DNA of 64,000 bases. It comes from the human T2T-CHM13v2.0 reference genome, Homo sapiens. A model generated the notes under the pieces. That model saw only the letters and a program-made list of their open reading frames with translations, ran no database searches and was not told where the DNA came from. A program made the translations under genes and the position numbers. The stretch is taken from NCBI RefSeq assembly GCF_009914755.1, contig NC_060947.1; one strand, 5' to 3'. Shown in pieces: positions 46,001-59,133 of this stretch; the first letter of the stretch is position 1, and each line of letters opens with the position of its first letter.

Positions 46001-49000
46001 TGTCTATTGACATGCACACATACACACACGATACACACGCATGTGCATGTTTATATATCTGGAAGGAAATACATAAAATATGAACAGAGGTCATACGTGG
46101 TTGTCAGACTCTCATTCGCTCACTCGCTCCTCAATGTGTGGTCCTGGAAAAGACACTTTATCTCTTTTGACCTTAATTCCTACATGAGTGAAGTGACAGA
46201 ACTGTACCAACCTTCCCTGTCTACCCCAAATGAAATGGTCCCCCATCACTCTAAGTCCCCTTACTCTGCTCTATTTTTTTCATGGCCAGCTTTGCTGCCT
46301 GACACTGTCTTATATATGTGTTATATTTATAGCCTGTTTGTCCCACTAGAATAGGGAACTCTATGAGGAAAGAACTTTGGTCTGTTTTGTTCATTACTGC
46401 TGTTTCCCAAATGCTGAGAACAATGCGTGGCGCTTAGTAGGTGCTTAATAAATATTTATTGAATAAATGATTGAATATATCTTCCTGAGTGGTCCTTGTA
46501 GAATTTGTCACCTTCTCAAAAACTTTCATGATCTTGAGGACCTTATGATCAAATTGCAGGGACACAATCCAAAAATGAAATAGCACCTTAGTCACTACAA
46601 ACAGCATTGGAACAGAATGCGGGGCAGGAGATAGGTGTTGAGGCAGGAAGCAAAAGGAGGGGTTGGGATTGGCAAAGTGACTTTTGAGTATACTTCTGTA
46701 TAACTGGAGCTGTGGGGTTGCCTTGATCTTTCTTACAGCTCTCACATCCCTGCAGAATATGACTATCCTATAGCTCTTTCTAGAGTCATTGCCCAAGAAA
46801 CTCAGAAAAGTCTCTCTCTGAATGCCCCACAGCAAAACCCTCTGTACTTTATGCATCATTAAAAATCCAGGGCACTCCCAGTCTGTTCCACCAGCCTTCC
46901 CAGGTAAGAAGAAGCCCAGCTTAGGAAAAAAGTGATGTGCTCCCATCTAACGGAAAGGTGGGAGCCAAGCTTCATACTGCAGGCCCTCATTAGCTAAGAT
47001 CGCCAAAGGGTTTTGGCTCCCCTAGCTGCCTCTGTGCCAGCTGCAAGGGTCGTGTTTGCTCCGCAGAGGCTCAGCTGCTGCCAGACTTGGCCACAAGTGT
47101 TTACCCTGCTGTGCTGGCAAAGGACCCAGTTCCTCAGCAGCTTCTGTGCCTTTTCTAACTCAACAGCAAACAGCTTTTCACTCACAAGGCACCTGGCCTC
47201 TAAGAGCTCTCTTTCGAAGGATGTCCTCCTGTCCCCAAAGGACGCTCATGAGCGCATGCAACCTTGGGTGCCCTAGCAAAGTTGGAGAGATGGTGAGCTG
47301 GCCAGTCCCATGCTGCAGGTCCCAGCTGAGGCAGTCAACACACAGGTCTTCTCTCTGTGAGAAACATTCCGACCATCTTATCTATAATTGAGACTCCCAC
47401 CTTCCTATTCCGAACTTCCCTTTACCTGCTCTGCTTCCGGACATCATTTCTCACCTCCTAACATGATTTCCTTTGTTGCTGTTAATTGTCGGTCTCCCTC
47501 CACTAGAATTTAAGTTCAATAGGGGCAAAATTTTGGTTGGCTTTGTTCACTGATGTGAGCAGAATATATATTCACAGTGCGTAAAATAATCGCCAGGGCT
47601 TATATAAAGCACACTATGTGCCAAACACTGTTTTACACACTTCGTATCAATTAAATTATTTAATCTTCACAAGAGCCTATAAGGAAGGCACTATTAGGAT
47701 ACCCACTTTATAGATAAAGAAACTGAGGCACAGAGAATGAAGTAATTTGTCTAAGATCACATAGCTAGTGAATGACAGAATTGGGATTTGAACACAGTCT
47801 TACCCTTCCTTAACCACTAGGATATACCACCACAAAACAAAACAAAACAAAACAGTGCCTTGCACATAGTAGGCACTCAGCAAATGAATGTAAGAGTAAA
47901 TCCATGCATGAAACTATGAAGTGCCTGCCTTGTGTGGGGAATCTGGTCTGCTAGTCCACCACCACAGCCACCCTCCCCAACTACCTCTCCCTAGGATACT
48001 CTTGTTTTCTCACCTGTCCTTCCTTCCTCCCTCCCTTCCTTCCTCTCCTTCCTTTCCTTCTTTGCTCCCTTCACTTCTCCCTCCGTTTCCTCTCCTTCTC
48101 TACCTCCCTTCCCTCCTTTCCTGGGTGATGTTGGAGAGGGAGTGCTGCTTTATGAAGTGCTATAGCCGGGCAGCCAGCCCCTGTCCAGCCATTCTTTCCT
48201 TTGGGCCACAAATGCCCTCTGAGCACCTGTAATGCAGGCACTAAAGGAACCAGGAATATACATGAAACCAGTTCTCTGAGTGCAATAAAGGAGTGATCTG
48301 AAGGGAGGTTTGGGCTGGGAGGGACACACTTCCCAAGAACTCTGATATAAAGCACACTGAGATGATTGTTGAAGAAGGCGGACAACTGGGGTCCATGGGG
48401 ACGATGAGTTAGGACTTGGACATTAAAAATTACTCCATGCAAGAAGTGGCATTTTAGCTGAACTGTTAAGTATGAACAGGAGTTTGAAAAATATCGATGG
48501 GATGTGCATTCCAAATGATGGGAAAATCGAGGCACCTGAAGGCTGTTGGAATTGTGAATTTGGGGCAGTGCATCCCCAGGAGAGATGGTCCCCATGGAGG
48601 ATATAGACTAGGATTGTGGGCAATGCTTGTTGGCCAAAGAAGGTGTTCCCAAGGTGTGCCCCAAGTTGCAGATCTGTGCCACCTGTTCAGTATTTCCCAG
48701 CACCCTCCCTACAGAGAAGATGTTTTTCCTTAAGCTTCCATATCACACCTGATCCAGGTATAGGCTACTGGGCATCTCACTGTTCCTCTTGGTTATGTTA
48801 CGTCACTGGAACCCAACTGGGTCCTCTACCCTCTTTTCGTTTACTCCTTCCTCCCTCCCTCCCTCTCTCTTTCTCCTTCCTTCCTTCTTTCCTTCCTTCC
48901 TTCTTTCCTTCCTTCCTTCTTTCCTTCCTTCTTCCCTCCCTCCCTCCCTCTCTCCACATGGTCTCATTTCCAGCTCCTGTTTATATTGATTTCTTACCTC

Positions 49001-51721
49001 CAGCCACTCCTAGGTCTAATTTGGGCCCTGCTGCCTTGCCTGGTTAGTGGCTGGTTTCTCACCCCACTGTTATGGCCTAACTTGGCACACTGTCAAGCAG
49101 GCAGGCATGCAGCAGCAAGCCTCTGGTATGTTCCTACTATGAGCCAGGCTTCGGGCCAGGGAAGGCACCCCTCTCCTCACCCCCTGCAGCTGGTGCTTCA
49201 CCATCTGGGAAGTGAAGGGGCGGGATTCTGTGATCTTGAAAGTTCCTTCCAGCTGCAACCTTCTAGGGGAGTATCTGAATGCCCTCCTTTTGAAGCTCTG
49301 AGTTCTGTAGGAAAATGATTACCATAAAAATGTTTCCAGGTTGGTGCACTGGCTTCTGTCAGGGCCTCACTGTTTGACAACTGCTGTGCAGACTTAAGTG
49401 ATATTTACACACAAAAATGTTTTACCGTGGGATGCCATCATTACCCTAGTGTCAGGGGCCAAGGATAACAGCCCATTACAGGCCTTCCCTGTTATATGAA
49501 GAAAGAAAGATTCATTCATTCATTCAGCTAAGCCCAACTGTGTACACAAGTCTGTACTAGGTGCTATAAAAAATATGCGTGATCTCACCACAGGCTCAGA
49601 GAACACAAAATCATCCACTTTGTGGAGGAAGGGACTAGTCATCTAGAGTAATCCATCCCCTCCTCCACCCTAGGGCAAGAACCCCTCTGCTCCACCCACT
49701 GCCCACAAAGGGGACAAATGCCATTAAACCACAGCTCGAAAAGTCTAATAGTTAGAGTCCCTCTAGTCCCACCCTCATCTAGTTCTGACACTTGATGAGG
49801 TCACACCGGAGCCCAGAGACACACTTGCTCTCAGATCTTTTTACCTCCAGTCCAGTTATTTTCTCCTATGGCCAAGCTGCTGCTTTCATCAGGTCTTTGC
49901 AGTTGATCAGGTGACTACTGCACCCATTAGGTCATCAGATCCTCATAATAAACCATTTCCAGATAAGATAAACAAATGTTCAGAAAGAGATAGTGTCTTG
50001 TCCATGATCCCACAGCTAGAAAATGGTGGGGGAACCCAGATTCAAGTGCAGGCCTTCAACTCCAAGTCTAGTTCGTTGCACTGCAACCTGGCTGCTTTCC
50101 CACTGGGTCCTGTGTGTCTTCCTTGTGGACTTATAGGTGAGATGCACCAAGGATCAATGTGGGGACACACATTTGGGTCTAAAAAATCCACTGGGGGCAG
50201 GTCAGAGAAGACTTGGCAGTGCTTGCATAGATATTTGGGGGGCTTGTTGACAGTCAGGTCAAGGCAGTGTGATGTGGTCACCGACAAGTCTCGGGCAAGG
50301 TTAACAGAGGTGAGCATCCTGAATGGGGACAGAGGACACTTATGCTGACCTCTGCCACCAATGGACTACTCATGGAGGCAAGACATGCTAGTACACTATC
50401 TTGAAAGACACTGAGCTCCTTGTTCCTGGAGGGCAGGGGGGATATAGAGGCTGGATTACCAGTTGGCAGTCTGCAATTCTAGAAAGGATTTTTGTGTGTG
50501 TGTGGTAGTGTGTGCTTCTATGGCCCCATGCATTCCTAGAGGCAACACCTGCTCTAATTTGTCTTGCAGCTCTCGGGGCCTTTTTGAGAGGTGAGGTAGG
50601 GAATTCTGGCTGTCTGGGCCCAGCCCTGAGACCTATGGAAAGCCCAGTGCCAGTGTCATATGTCTAAATGGAACATGAGGCACCAAAGTGGAGGTGACAC
50701 TCCCAAGGTAATGTGCATTTTAAGTGCACTAGATCAGATATGTACCCTAAGGAATCTGATGGGGAATTACACTGGGAACACATTTTGTAAATTCTCCTTC
50801 TTCTGGCTTCAATATATTCCTCAACCCTTCCTTAACCACTAGGTTATAAGAGTTCTTATAACAGCAGAGTTTAGTGGGCAGAGGAGCAGAAACAGGGTGG
50901 GTGAGGGTTGGAGGTGAGGGATGGGAGCCAGAAAGGTGGCCCTAGTAAGATTCTCACTGCAACTCAATGTCACAACTTTGATTGAGGATACGTGTTCAAA
51001 ACCTGTGCTGTGGGTAGCACAGAGATAAAAAAGCCACCAGCCATGTCCTCCTCTCCCCAACTAGTGTACAGTCTAGTGGGAGAGACTAGAAGTCCCAACT
51101 AGTTGTAATAGGAGTTAGAAGAGATCAAGTTCTAACTTGTAGGCCCAAATGCCATAGGAGATGCTGAAAAAAGAGATGGCACTTGGGAGGTGGCAGAAAT
51201 GGGGGCAGCAGCAGCACTTCAGAGGCAGACACAGCACAAGCCCACTGAGGATCAGCATGTTTTGGTTTTCCTAGAAAGTCATCCAAGCTGTGTGTGTGGT
51301 GAAGGGACAGTATGGAGGGTGCAGGGACGGGAGGAACTGTGTGTGGGAGAGCACCCTGGAGAGGTGGGTATGGTGGGGCCACATTTTGGGTAGGACACAC
51401 ACACACATACACACACACCCACACACTTCTTGGCTTTTAGCACATCTATGTTGTAAAGGCAAATACAAATTAAGATACTTAATTCTTCCTGTTGAAAAAT
51501 AAGTGACTCCTCCTGCTCCATTTTATTAAAGCATTTCTTTTTCTGTTGTTTTCAAATGTATATAAATCTTCTCGGTGATTACATAACCCTCTTGCCACTA
51601 TCATAAGTTAAGAATGTTTCCTCGGGGACCTGGGAGCCATCTTTTTGTAATGTGATTATCAAGAAAGATAATGTCTGATCTCCCAGTTTCCTGGAAGAAG
51701 ATGGGCCTAACCTCCACTGTT

Positions 51722-53077
51722 ACCTGACTTCAAAGCTTCAAAGGATAGGCCGACTCTCTTATTAGAGGTAATGCAGCTAGTGACTTTAAGTTGAAGCCAA
51801 TGCTTATTTACCATTCCAAAAATCCTGGGGCCTTTAAAAACTATGCTAAATCTACTCTGCCTGTGCTCTATAAATGGAAGGACAGAACTTGGATGACAGC
51901 ACATCTGTTTACAGTATGGTTTACTGACTATTTTAAGCCCACTGTTGAGACTTTCTGCTCAGAAACCAGAGAGATTCCTTTCAAAATATTACTGCTCATT
52001 AACAATGCATCTAGTCACCCGAGAGCTCTGATGGAAATGTACAAGGATATTAATGTTGTTTTCATGCCTGTCAACACGTCCATTCTGCTGCCTATGAATC
52101 AAGGAGTAATTCTGACTTTCTAGTACATTATCTAAGAAATACATTTTGTGAGGCTACAGCTGCCATAGATACTGATTCCTATGATGGATCTGGGTAAAGT
52201 AAATTGAAAACCTTCTGAAAAGGACTCATCATTCTAGATGTTGTTGAGAACATACATGATTCATAAGAAGTCAAAACATCAACAATAATAGGAGAGTAAA
52301 AGAAGTTGATTCCAACCCTCGTGGATGACTCTGAAGGGTTCAAGACTTCAGTGGGGGAAGTCACTGCAGGTGTGGAGGATATAGCAAGAGAACTGGAATT
52401 AAAAGTGGAGCCTGAAGATGTGACTGAATTGCTGCAATCTCATGATCAAACTTAAACAGATGAGGCGTTGCTTCTTATGGATGAACAAAGGAAGGGGTTT
52501 CTTGAAATGGAATCTACTCCTGGTGAAGATGTTGTGAATATTGTTAAAATGACAGCAAAGTACTTAGAATATTTTATAAACAGCTGATAAAGTGGCAACA
52601 GTGTTTGAGAGGACTGACTCCAGTTTTGAAAGAAGTTCCGTGGATAAAATGCTATCAAACAGCATTGCAAACTACAGAAAAATCTTTCATGAAATGAAGA
52701 GTCAGTCGATGCAGCAAACTTCATAGTCATCTTATTTTAAGAAATTACCACAGCCACTCCAACCTTCAGCAAGTACCACCCTGATCAGTCAGCAGCCATC
52801 CACATGGAGGCAAGACCCTACACCAGCAAAAAAATTACCACTAGATGAAGCCTCAGATGATCATTAGCATTTTCTAGCAATAAAGTATTTTTAAATTAAG
52901 GTATGTACGTTACTTTTAGACATAATGTTACTGTACACCTAACAGACTATACTATAGTATAAACGTAACTTTCATATGAACTGAGAAACCAAAAAAATTA
53001 CGTGACTTGCTTTATTGCAATATTCGCTTTATTGTGCTGGTCTGCAACCAAACTGCAATACCTCTGAGGTATGCCTA
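51722..53077 (+). mobile_element. Tigger1 (TcMar-Tigger) DNA transposon, 5'-truncated, dead transposase
   Basis: ORF 51791..52123 ([11 protein letters not shown]...[11 protein letters not shown]...[13 protein letters not shown]...[10 protein letters not shown]) resembles the Tigger/CENP-B-type DDE domain; 3' TIR-like end ctgaggtatgcct. Confidence 0.9.
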
Positions 53078-53849
53078 GTGTGAGGTTTCTTTCTGTCCTT
53101 GCAATACTTTTAGCTGGCTGCCTGTGATTCATATCACATTCTGATTTAATGTTTATTCAAGAAAATTGTTTTCTTTCTCTTCTACCTTTATGGAGAGGTT
53201 ATCTGGGCTGGGAGAAGATTTTGTTTTTAATTATATTTCCCCCAATGATGTAGACAAACTCACATGCGTGCGCGCGTACACACACACAGTCACACATACC
53301 CTCACACACACAGTGAAGCACACTCACATACTCAAATGCACACACACTCATACACACAGCCCCACACGCTAGCACATACACTCCCTTCACTCCGCCCCTC
53401 TTGTAAGGCGATTTCTTCTTCCCAGGACAGGAGCTAGAGGTGCAGCCTGGGACCACTCAGCCAAGAAGCCAAGGGCCAGGCATGCCCGGGCCTGGAGCAC
53501 TTTATTCATCTTTTACGTCTTTTTATTACACATTCTCGAATCACCAGCTCCTCCTTGCCTTGCTTCTCCTGGGTTTCATTTGCCTCTTGCAGTTTCTTCC
53601 TCTCTCGAGTGTTTCTAACTTTTTCCACCCAATTATGGAAAAAGTAAGAACCGAGAACAGCGAAAACAACCAAAACAAAATCTATAGCTATTTCTCATTG
53701 AAATCCTGGAAGAATTTTGGGTTTTCCCTTCGATTTCTCTCACCCACTCACGCATTCACCAATTATGTATTTGTTTACTCAATGAGTGCAGCTCAGGCCG
53801 AGGGTGCCAGCCTCCACGGGATGAGGGGCTAGACACTCTGATTTCACCC

Positions 53850-54400
53850 CGACACCTGCTGGGTGCAAGGCGCTCAGTCTGCAGCCAGCTCTAGGTCCCG
53901 CCCCTTTGCGTTGGGCTGCGGGTGGGCGGGGCTGCTTGGCCTGCCCAGACTCGCCAGGAAAGACATGCTGCTGCGGACCAATCAGAGTGGCCCAAGCTGG
54001 GAGGAGGCCTTGCCCCGCCCTCCCCTGCCCCGCCCACTTGGCGCTGGGAATAACCACGTGGAAACCCAACTCCGAGGTCTCTGGCGCTCGAGCCTCGTGC
54101 TCCACCGTGAACAGTGTTTTCAGAACCCTCGGGCTCTATGTCTTGGTGAGCCCGGGCCTAGCTCTCTCCGTGCCGACACTTGCTCTTTTATTCAGCCCAC
54201 TGGTTGCGATCGCCTCCTCAAAGCCTGGGCCTTTCAAGGAAAAAACGTGTGTATATCTTGGGGTGTGCCCTTGTCCAGTTCCTCTTCTGGTAGCGTAGCC
54301 TCTGGGTGCAGGCCAATCAGGAAAGACTTGATCCAGGATCTTTCACTTGGGGGTTGGTAACTGGAGCGCTGCCGCCCCTCATGGGCAGGAGATCCTCTGG
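53850..54400. promoter_or_regulatory. GC-box/CCAAT promoter-like element about 5 kb upstream of VMA21
   Basis: Four GC boxes (53897, 53924, 54012, 54027), CCAATCAG at 53978 and 54313, CCACGTGG at 54054, CpG-enriched. Confidence 0.65.
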
Positions 54401-54712
54401 TTATATCAAACCACTGGTGTGCCAGGGGACATGGGATCCTAGGCTGAGCTGGCACCACGCTGGACAGGCAGTGGGGGCCATTTCCTGACCCCCATTGCCT
54501 ACTTCTGTTTGCCGGAAGGCCCACGGGCTCCACTAGAGCCCCAAAGGTGAGTCAAGTTGGTGAGAACAGTCCTGAGGCATGAACCCTGAGCATTCCTTGA
54601 CTCCATGGGCAAGTCCCTTCACCAGCTCAGAGATCCCAGCTTAGCTATCTGGCAGATAGAGCTGGAAGAGGTAGCCTGATGTAAATTTTAGGGCATTCAA
54701 GAGTCAGGAGGC

Positions 54713-55732
54713 AAGGGGCATTGTGAGGTCCTCACCAGACTGAAATTTCCCTTAGTTTCACTATTTCTACCTGGAAATGAAATGGGGATGGTATAAATTG
54801 TAGGGATTGTGAATATGCTATTTAAAATGAAGCACAAGACACATGCTTTAGGGCAGCAGTGCTGGCCAGAGGTTGATGTGAGGTAAGGAAGACCCTTGAG
54901 TAAAACCCAATTCATTGCCTGGGGCGAAGGGCAGCGTTGACAATGGAGGTTTTAACTATAATAACCCCTTAGTTATTTTTTTTTCTATAAATGGAACTAT
55001 GCTTTTTCACCAGGGGGCATATTTTACCAATTTTTTTTTTTAAGACATCACAGCCTACATTACAAAGAAGCCAGAGTTTCTCTCTCTCTTTTTTAATATG
55101 AGTTTTGTTGATTGTACAGTGGAGCTTATTTCTATTTTCCTTATGTCTTAGTTTTAAAAACACCGTGCTGTTCAGGTATAGGCCTTGGCAAGTATCAGTT
55201 GGTGTTTCAATATGGTTGTTCCATCCAATCCCACAGCCAGCCACCCAAAAGGAAACTTCAAGAAACGAAGTTTTTTCGGGTAAGTAAAGCAATTTGGGGT
55301 TGCAAAACGTGTCTTTGGGTGTATACTTTTCACGTCACTGGGTTAATAGTACAGAAGTTTATAACAATATGGTGGAGAAAACGTGTCTTACAAGTAGTAC
55401 AGAAGTTTACAACAATATGGTGGAGAAAACATGAGACAGAATTAGGAACTATACATTCTCTAATTCTATCACTGACCTAGGGAATTTGGGGCAAATCACT
55501 TCCCATCTTTAGCTGTCAGTTTTCTCAACTAAAATTAAAGTGCCAAACTGGGGCTCTTTCAGTTTGAGAATCAGTTTCTGACTTTAAGGGGCATTGGGAA
55601 GCCTTCACCAGACTCTGAAATTTTCCCTGGCCTCAGTTTTTCCACTTATGAAGTGGGGATGGTATAAATTGTAGGGACTGTGAATATGCTCAGTAAAATG
55701 AAGCACAAGACACATGCTTTAGGGCAGCAGTG
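54713..55732 (+). repeat. ~150-bp direct repeat pair (54713-54861 and 55586-55732)
   Basis: 79-bp core (54783-54861 vs 55654-55732) has 4 mismatches; similarity extends 5' to aaggggcattg. Confidence 0.92.
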
Positions 55733-56010
55733 GTAGGAAACCACTATTATGGTTTCCTCTGTAGTGGCCACACCCCCTAACACACCATTTCATTCCCATG
55801 GCAACGGCTCTGTGTGGGCTCCACTTGCCTCTAATTCTTTTGTAGCACTGCAGGTAGGAGGTTTCAGGGCTCTGTTGAGAGGGCTGACTGCTGGCTAGAT
55901 TCTTTCCTTCTAGTACAGATTCTGAGTTTATTTTTAAAGTTCTGTGTCTACCTCAGTAAGCTCACAGTAAATGTTGGTAGAGTGTATAAGTCAGCATAAA
56001 AAAGAGATAT

Positions 56011-56414
<404 letters not shown>

Positions 56415-56603
56415 TTATGAATGGTTCCTGTTTAAGTTATCACACAAGTGCAACTTAGGCTGTTAATGTGGGAGTGTAAAAGTGCCAGCCTGGGAGTCAG
56501 GAGTCAAGCTACATCCCACTAGATAAATGTGTGACTTCCCACAAGTCCCGTCCCCTCTCTGGGCCGCAGTTTTCTCATCTGTACAAGGAAGTGTTTAGAC
56601 TAC

Positions 56604-57065
56604 TGTTATGGGTTGAATTGCTGGCCCGGTCACCCACACCATCCCCAAATTCATATGCTGAAATCCTAGCCCCCAGTACCCCAGAGTGAAACAGCGTCGC
56701 TGCAGATGTAAATAATTAAGTTCATACAGGTGTAGGGTGGGCCCCTAATGCATTATGACTGGTGTCCTTATAAAAAGGGAAAATTTGGACAGAAACACAG
56801 ACGCAGGGAGAAGGCCGTTTGAAGAAAAATGCAGAGATCAGGGTGATGCTTCTACAAGCCAAGAAATGCCAAAGATTGTCAGCAAACCACCAGAAAACAG
56901 AAGAGGGGCCTGGAACAGTCCTTCCTTCACAACCTTCAGAAGGAACCAGCCTCGCCAACATCTCCATCTCAGACTTCTAACCTCCTGAACTGGGAGATGA
57001 TTAACTTCTGTTGTTGGAGCCACTTAGTTTGTGGCATTTGTTATGGCAGCTCCGGCAAACTACAA
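56604..57065 (+). mobile_element. MLT1B/C-like MaLR LTR
   Basis: tgttatgggttgaattg...atgactggtgtccttataaaaagggaaaatttggac...ttgtggcatttgttatggcagc. Confidence 0.82.
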
Positions 57066-57081
57066 CAACAGTGGTTCCCAG

Positions 57082-57246
57082 TTTTTTTGGGGGGGGGTGG
57101 ACAGAGTCTTACTCTGTCACCCAGGCTGGAGTGCAGTGCAGTGGCACGATCTTGGCTCACTGCAACCTCCGCCTCCTGAGTTCAAGCGATTTTCTGCCTC
57201 AGCCTCCTGAGTAGCTGGGATTACAGGCATGTGCCACCACGCCAAG
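57082..57246 (-). mobile_element. Alu right-arm fragment
   Basis: acagagtcttactctgtcacccaggctggagtgcag...gtgccaccacgcc. Confidence 0.88.
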
Positions 57247-57691
57247 CTGGTTCCCAATTTTTTCACCATCAAGAACTATTTTGCTCTTTTTCCTTTTGTG
57301 GACCCAATTTATTTATTTAACAAATATTTATTAGTTCCTACTATATACCAGGCCCTACTCTAGGTATTGGGGAACAATAAGTCACAATTCCGTTCCCCCA
57401 CTTGTGTTCATTCTATGTTTTAAAAGATTTATTCTATTAAGTATACTGTGGCTTATTTTCATAATAATCTGTGAACAGTCTTTTCTTATGGGATAACTAG
57501 GATAACCTCATCATGATATAGTAAGTGTCAAAAATCAAAGAACGGTGATATTTTAAGTAGCTTTGGATGCCTAACAGTAAATAGATTCATTAGGTTTTTA
57601 AAAATATTAAAAACTGCCTTCAGAACCACCATTACTACATTTATGGGTCCCTAGGGATTGAAGGACCTCACTGCAGGCTGATTAGCTAGAG

Positions 57692-58021
57692 CAGGGGTCA
57701 GCAAACTCTTCTGTAAAAGGGTCAGATGGTAAGAATTTTGGGCATTGCAGATCATTTTGGGCGTTGCAGATCATACCGTCTCTGTCACAACTACTCAACA
57801 TTGCTGTTGTAGATAATACAAACAAATGAGAATGGCTGAGCTCCAATAAAATTTTATCAATAGACGCTGAAATTTGAATTTCATATAAATTTCACGTGTC
57901 ATGTTATTCTTTTGACGTTTTCAACAATTTAAAAAGGAAAAACCATTCTTACCTCAGGGCTGTAGAAAAACAGGTGGTAGGCTCCATGTATTAGGTCGGC
58001 TGGCTCAGTTTGCCTACCCCA
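57692..58021. mobile_element. MER58-like hAT-Charlie MITE
   Basis: TIR-like ends caggggtcagcaaact...agtttgcctacccc. Confidence 0.75.
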
Positions 58022-58131
58022 GAGCTAGATTCTCTTTGTACCCCAAGTTCTTACATTAGGTGGTTCTTACTCACCTAAAGGTCTAGATGAGGCCCAGATA
58101 GAGATTACTATTATTTTTATTAAATATTTTA

Positions 58132-58262
58132 CAGTTTGTTTTTTAGAGACGGAGTCTTGCTATGCTGCCCAAGCTGCTCTGGAACTACTGGCCTCACGCA
58201 ATCCTCCTGCCTCAGCTTCCCAAAGTGTTGAGATTACAGGCGTGAGCCAGCACAGTCAGCCC
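58132..58262 (-). mobile_element. FLAM / Alu left monomer
   Basis: tagagacggagtcttgctatgctgccca...cccaaagtgttgagattacaggcgtgagcc. Confidence 0.8.
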
Positions 58263-59023
58263 TAGAGGGGGATTATTCAGTTTGAACTAAAACCTGGACT
58301 TCCTGCTGCCCAGTCCATTGCCCTTTCCACCACTCTAAGCTGCTGGTTTAGTCATGATTTCAGATGTGGTCTTTGTATCCATGTGGTGCAGAAAATAGCT
58401 GTGTGGTCAGCGGCCCTTTCCAGGCGCTGACCATGTTAAGGGCTGTCCTCTTATTAGCAGCCAGTGGCAACTTAATTTTGTCAAGCCTGACTCCAGACTT
58501 ACCCACCCTTTCGTTTTTACCTCTCTCGGGTTGCGCAGGCCCGGGAGGCCCATCTGTTCTTACTATTTGAGTCCCTGTTGTCTCATTGGCGGCTTTCTGA
58601 GCAGCTGCAAAATATGTTTTTAACTTTTAAGTGGAAGTTGGGGGTCACTGGCATCGAGTCTGGAACAGTCATTCTCAGCAAGAGCTCTTTGAACTCTGAC
58701 ATTCTCTAGTTTTACGGACTCGGGTGAGTGTTTTAACTCCTCCCAGCTGCCAAGGGCTTGACTTCCTACCACTGCGGGCAGTAATTAATGAGGCATTTAT
58801 TTGCTCAAGTAGTGGCGAAATAATGCGCACTGCTTTTTTGTGTTGTCGTCGGCGGAATACGCTCAGTTGCCTAGCACCACAGCCCTCTGGCTGGTAGTCC
58901 CTCTTCGCGGCTCATATGCTCGGGTCTCCTTGCGGCCCCCAGCTCAGCGACCGAGACGCAGACGAGGACCAGTGTTCACGCGAGTTCAGGGGGCGGCGTA
59001 GCCGCCGCCCGCCCAGGAGGACC

Positions 59024-59133
59024 ATGTTGCGCGGCAAGTCCCGGCTCAACGTGGAGTGGCTGGGCTACTCGCCAGGCCTGCTCCTCGAGCACAGGCCCCT
59101 CCTGGCAGGGCGCACGCCGCGGAGCCACCGCCG
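59024..59133 (+). CDS. VMA21: VMA21 alternative upstream first coding exon (MLRGKSRLNVEW...; ~120-aa isoform; a further in-frame ATG at 58916 would give ~156 aa)
   Basis: ORF 58916..59137, accATG at 59024, consensus donor CCG|GTAAGT at 59133/59134. The donor is phase 2 and splits an Arg codon exactly as the canonical exon does. 37 aa plus 83 shared aa gives 120 aa, matching my recollection of the muscle-enriched VMA21-120 isoform. Confidence 0.85.

Noticed and set aside
46434-46946. 170-aa minus-strand ORF
   Set aside because: No recognisable domain, ends in L2-like sequence, and has no promoter or splice support; consistent with chance
48071-48595. 174-aa minus-strand ORF
   Set aside because: Runs through probable ancient repeat and low-complexity purine sequence; no family resemblance
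48015-48952. Polypyrimidine tracts (also 18870-19032, 27206-27275 and the purine tract 33375-33484) as functional triplex DNA
   Set aside because: Common simple repeats; nothing in the sequence indicates function
51791-52123. DDE transposase ORF as a domesticated TIGD-like gene
   Set aside because: Short fragment with stops downstream and substitutions at apparent catalytic Asp positions (INNA, PMNQG); a dead Tigger1 copy
53440-54360. 130-aa ORF with a hydrophobic stretch and an adjacent 165-aa ORF
   Set aside because: Non-ATG starts. The hydrophobicity comes from a pyrimidine-rich tract and the length from high GC content. No homology recognised.
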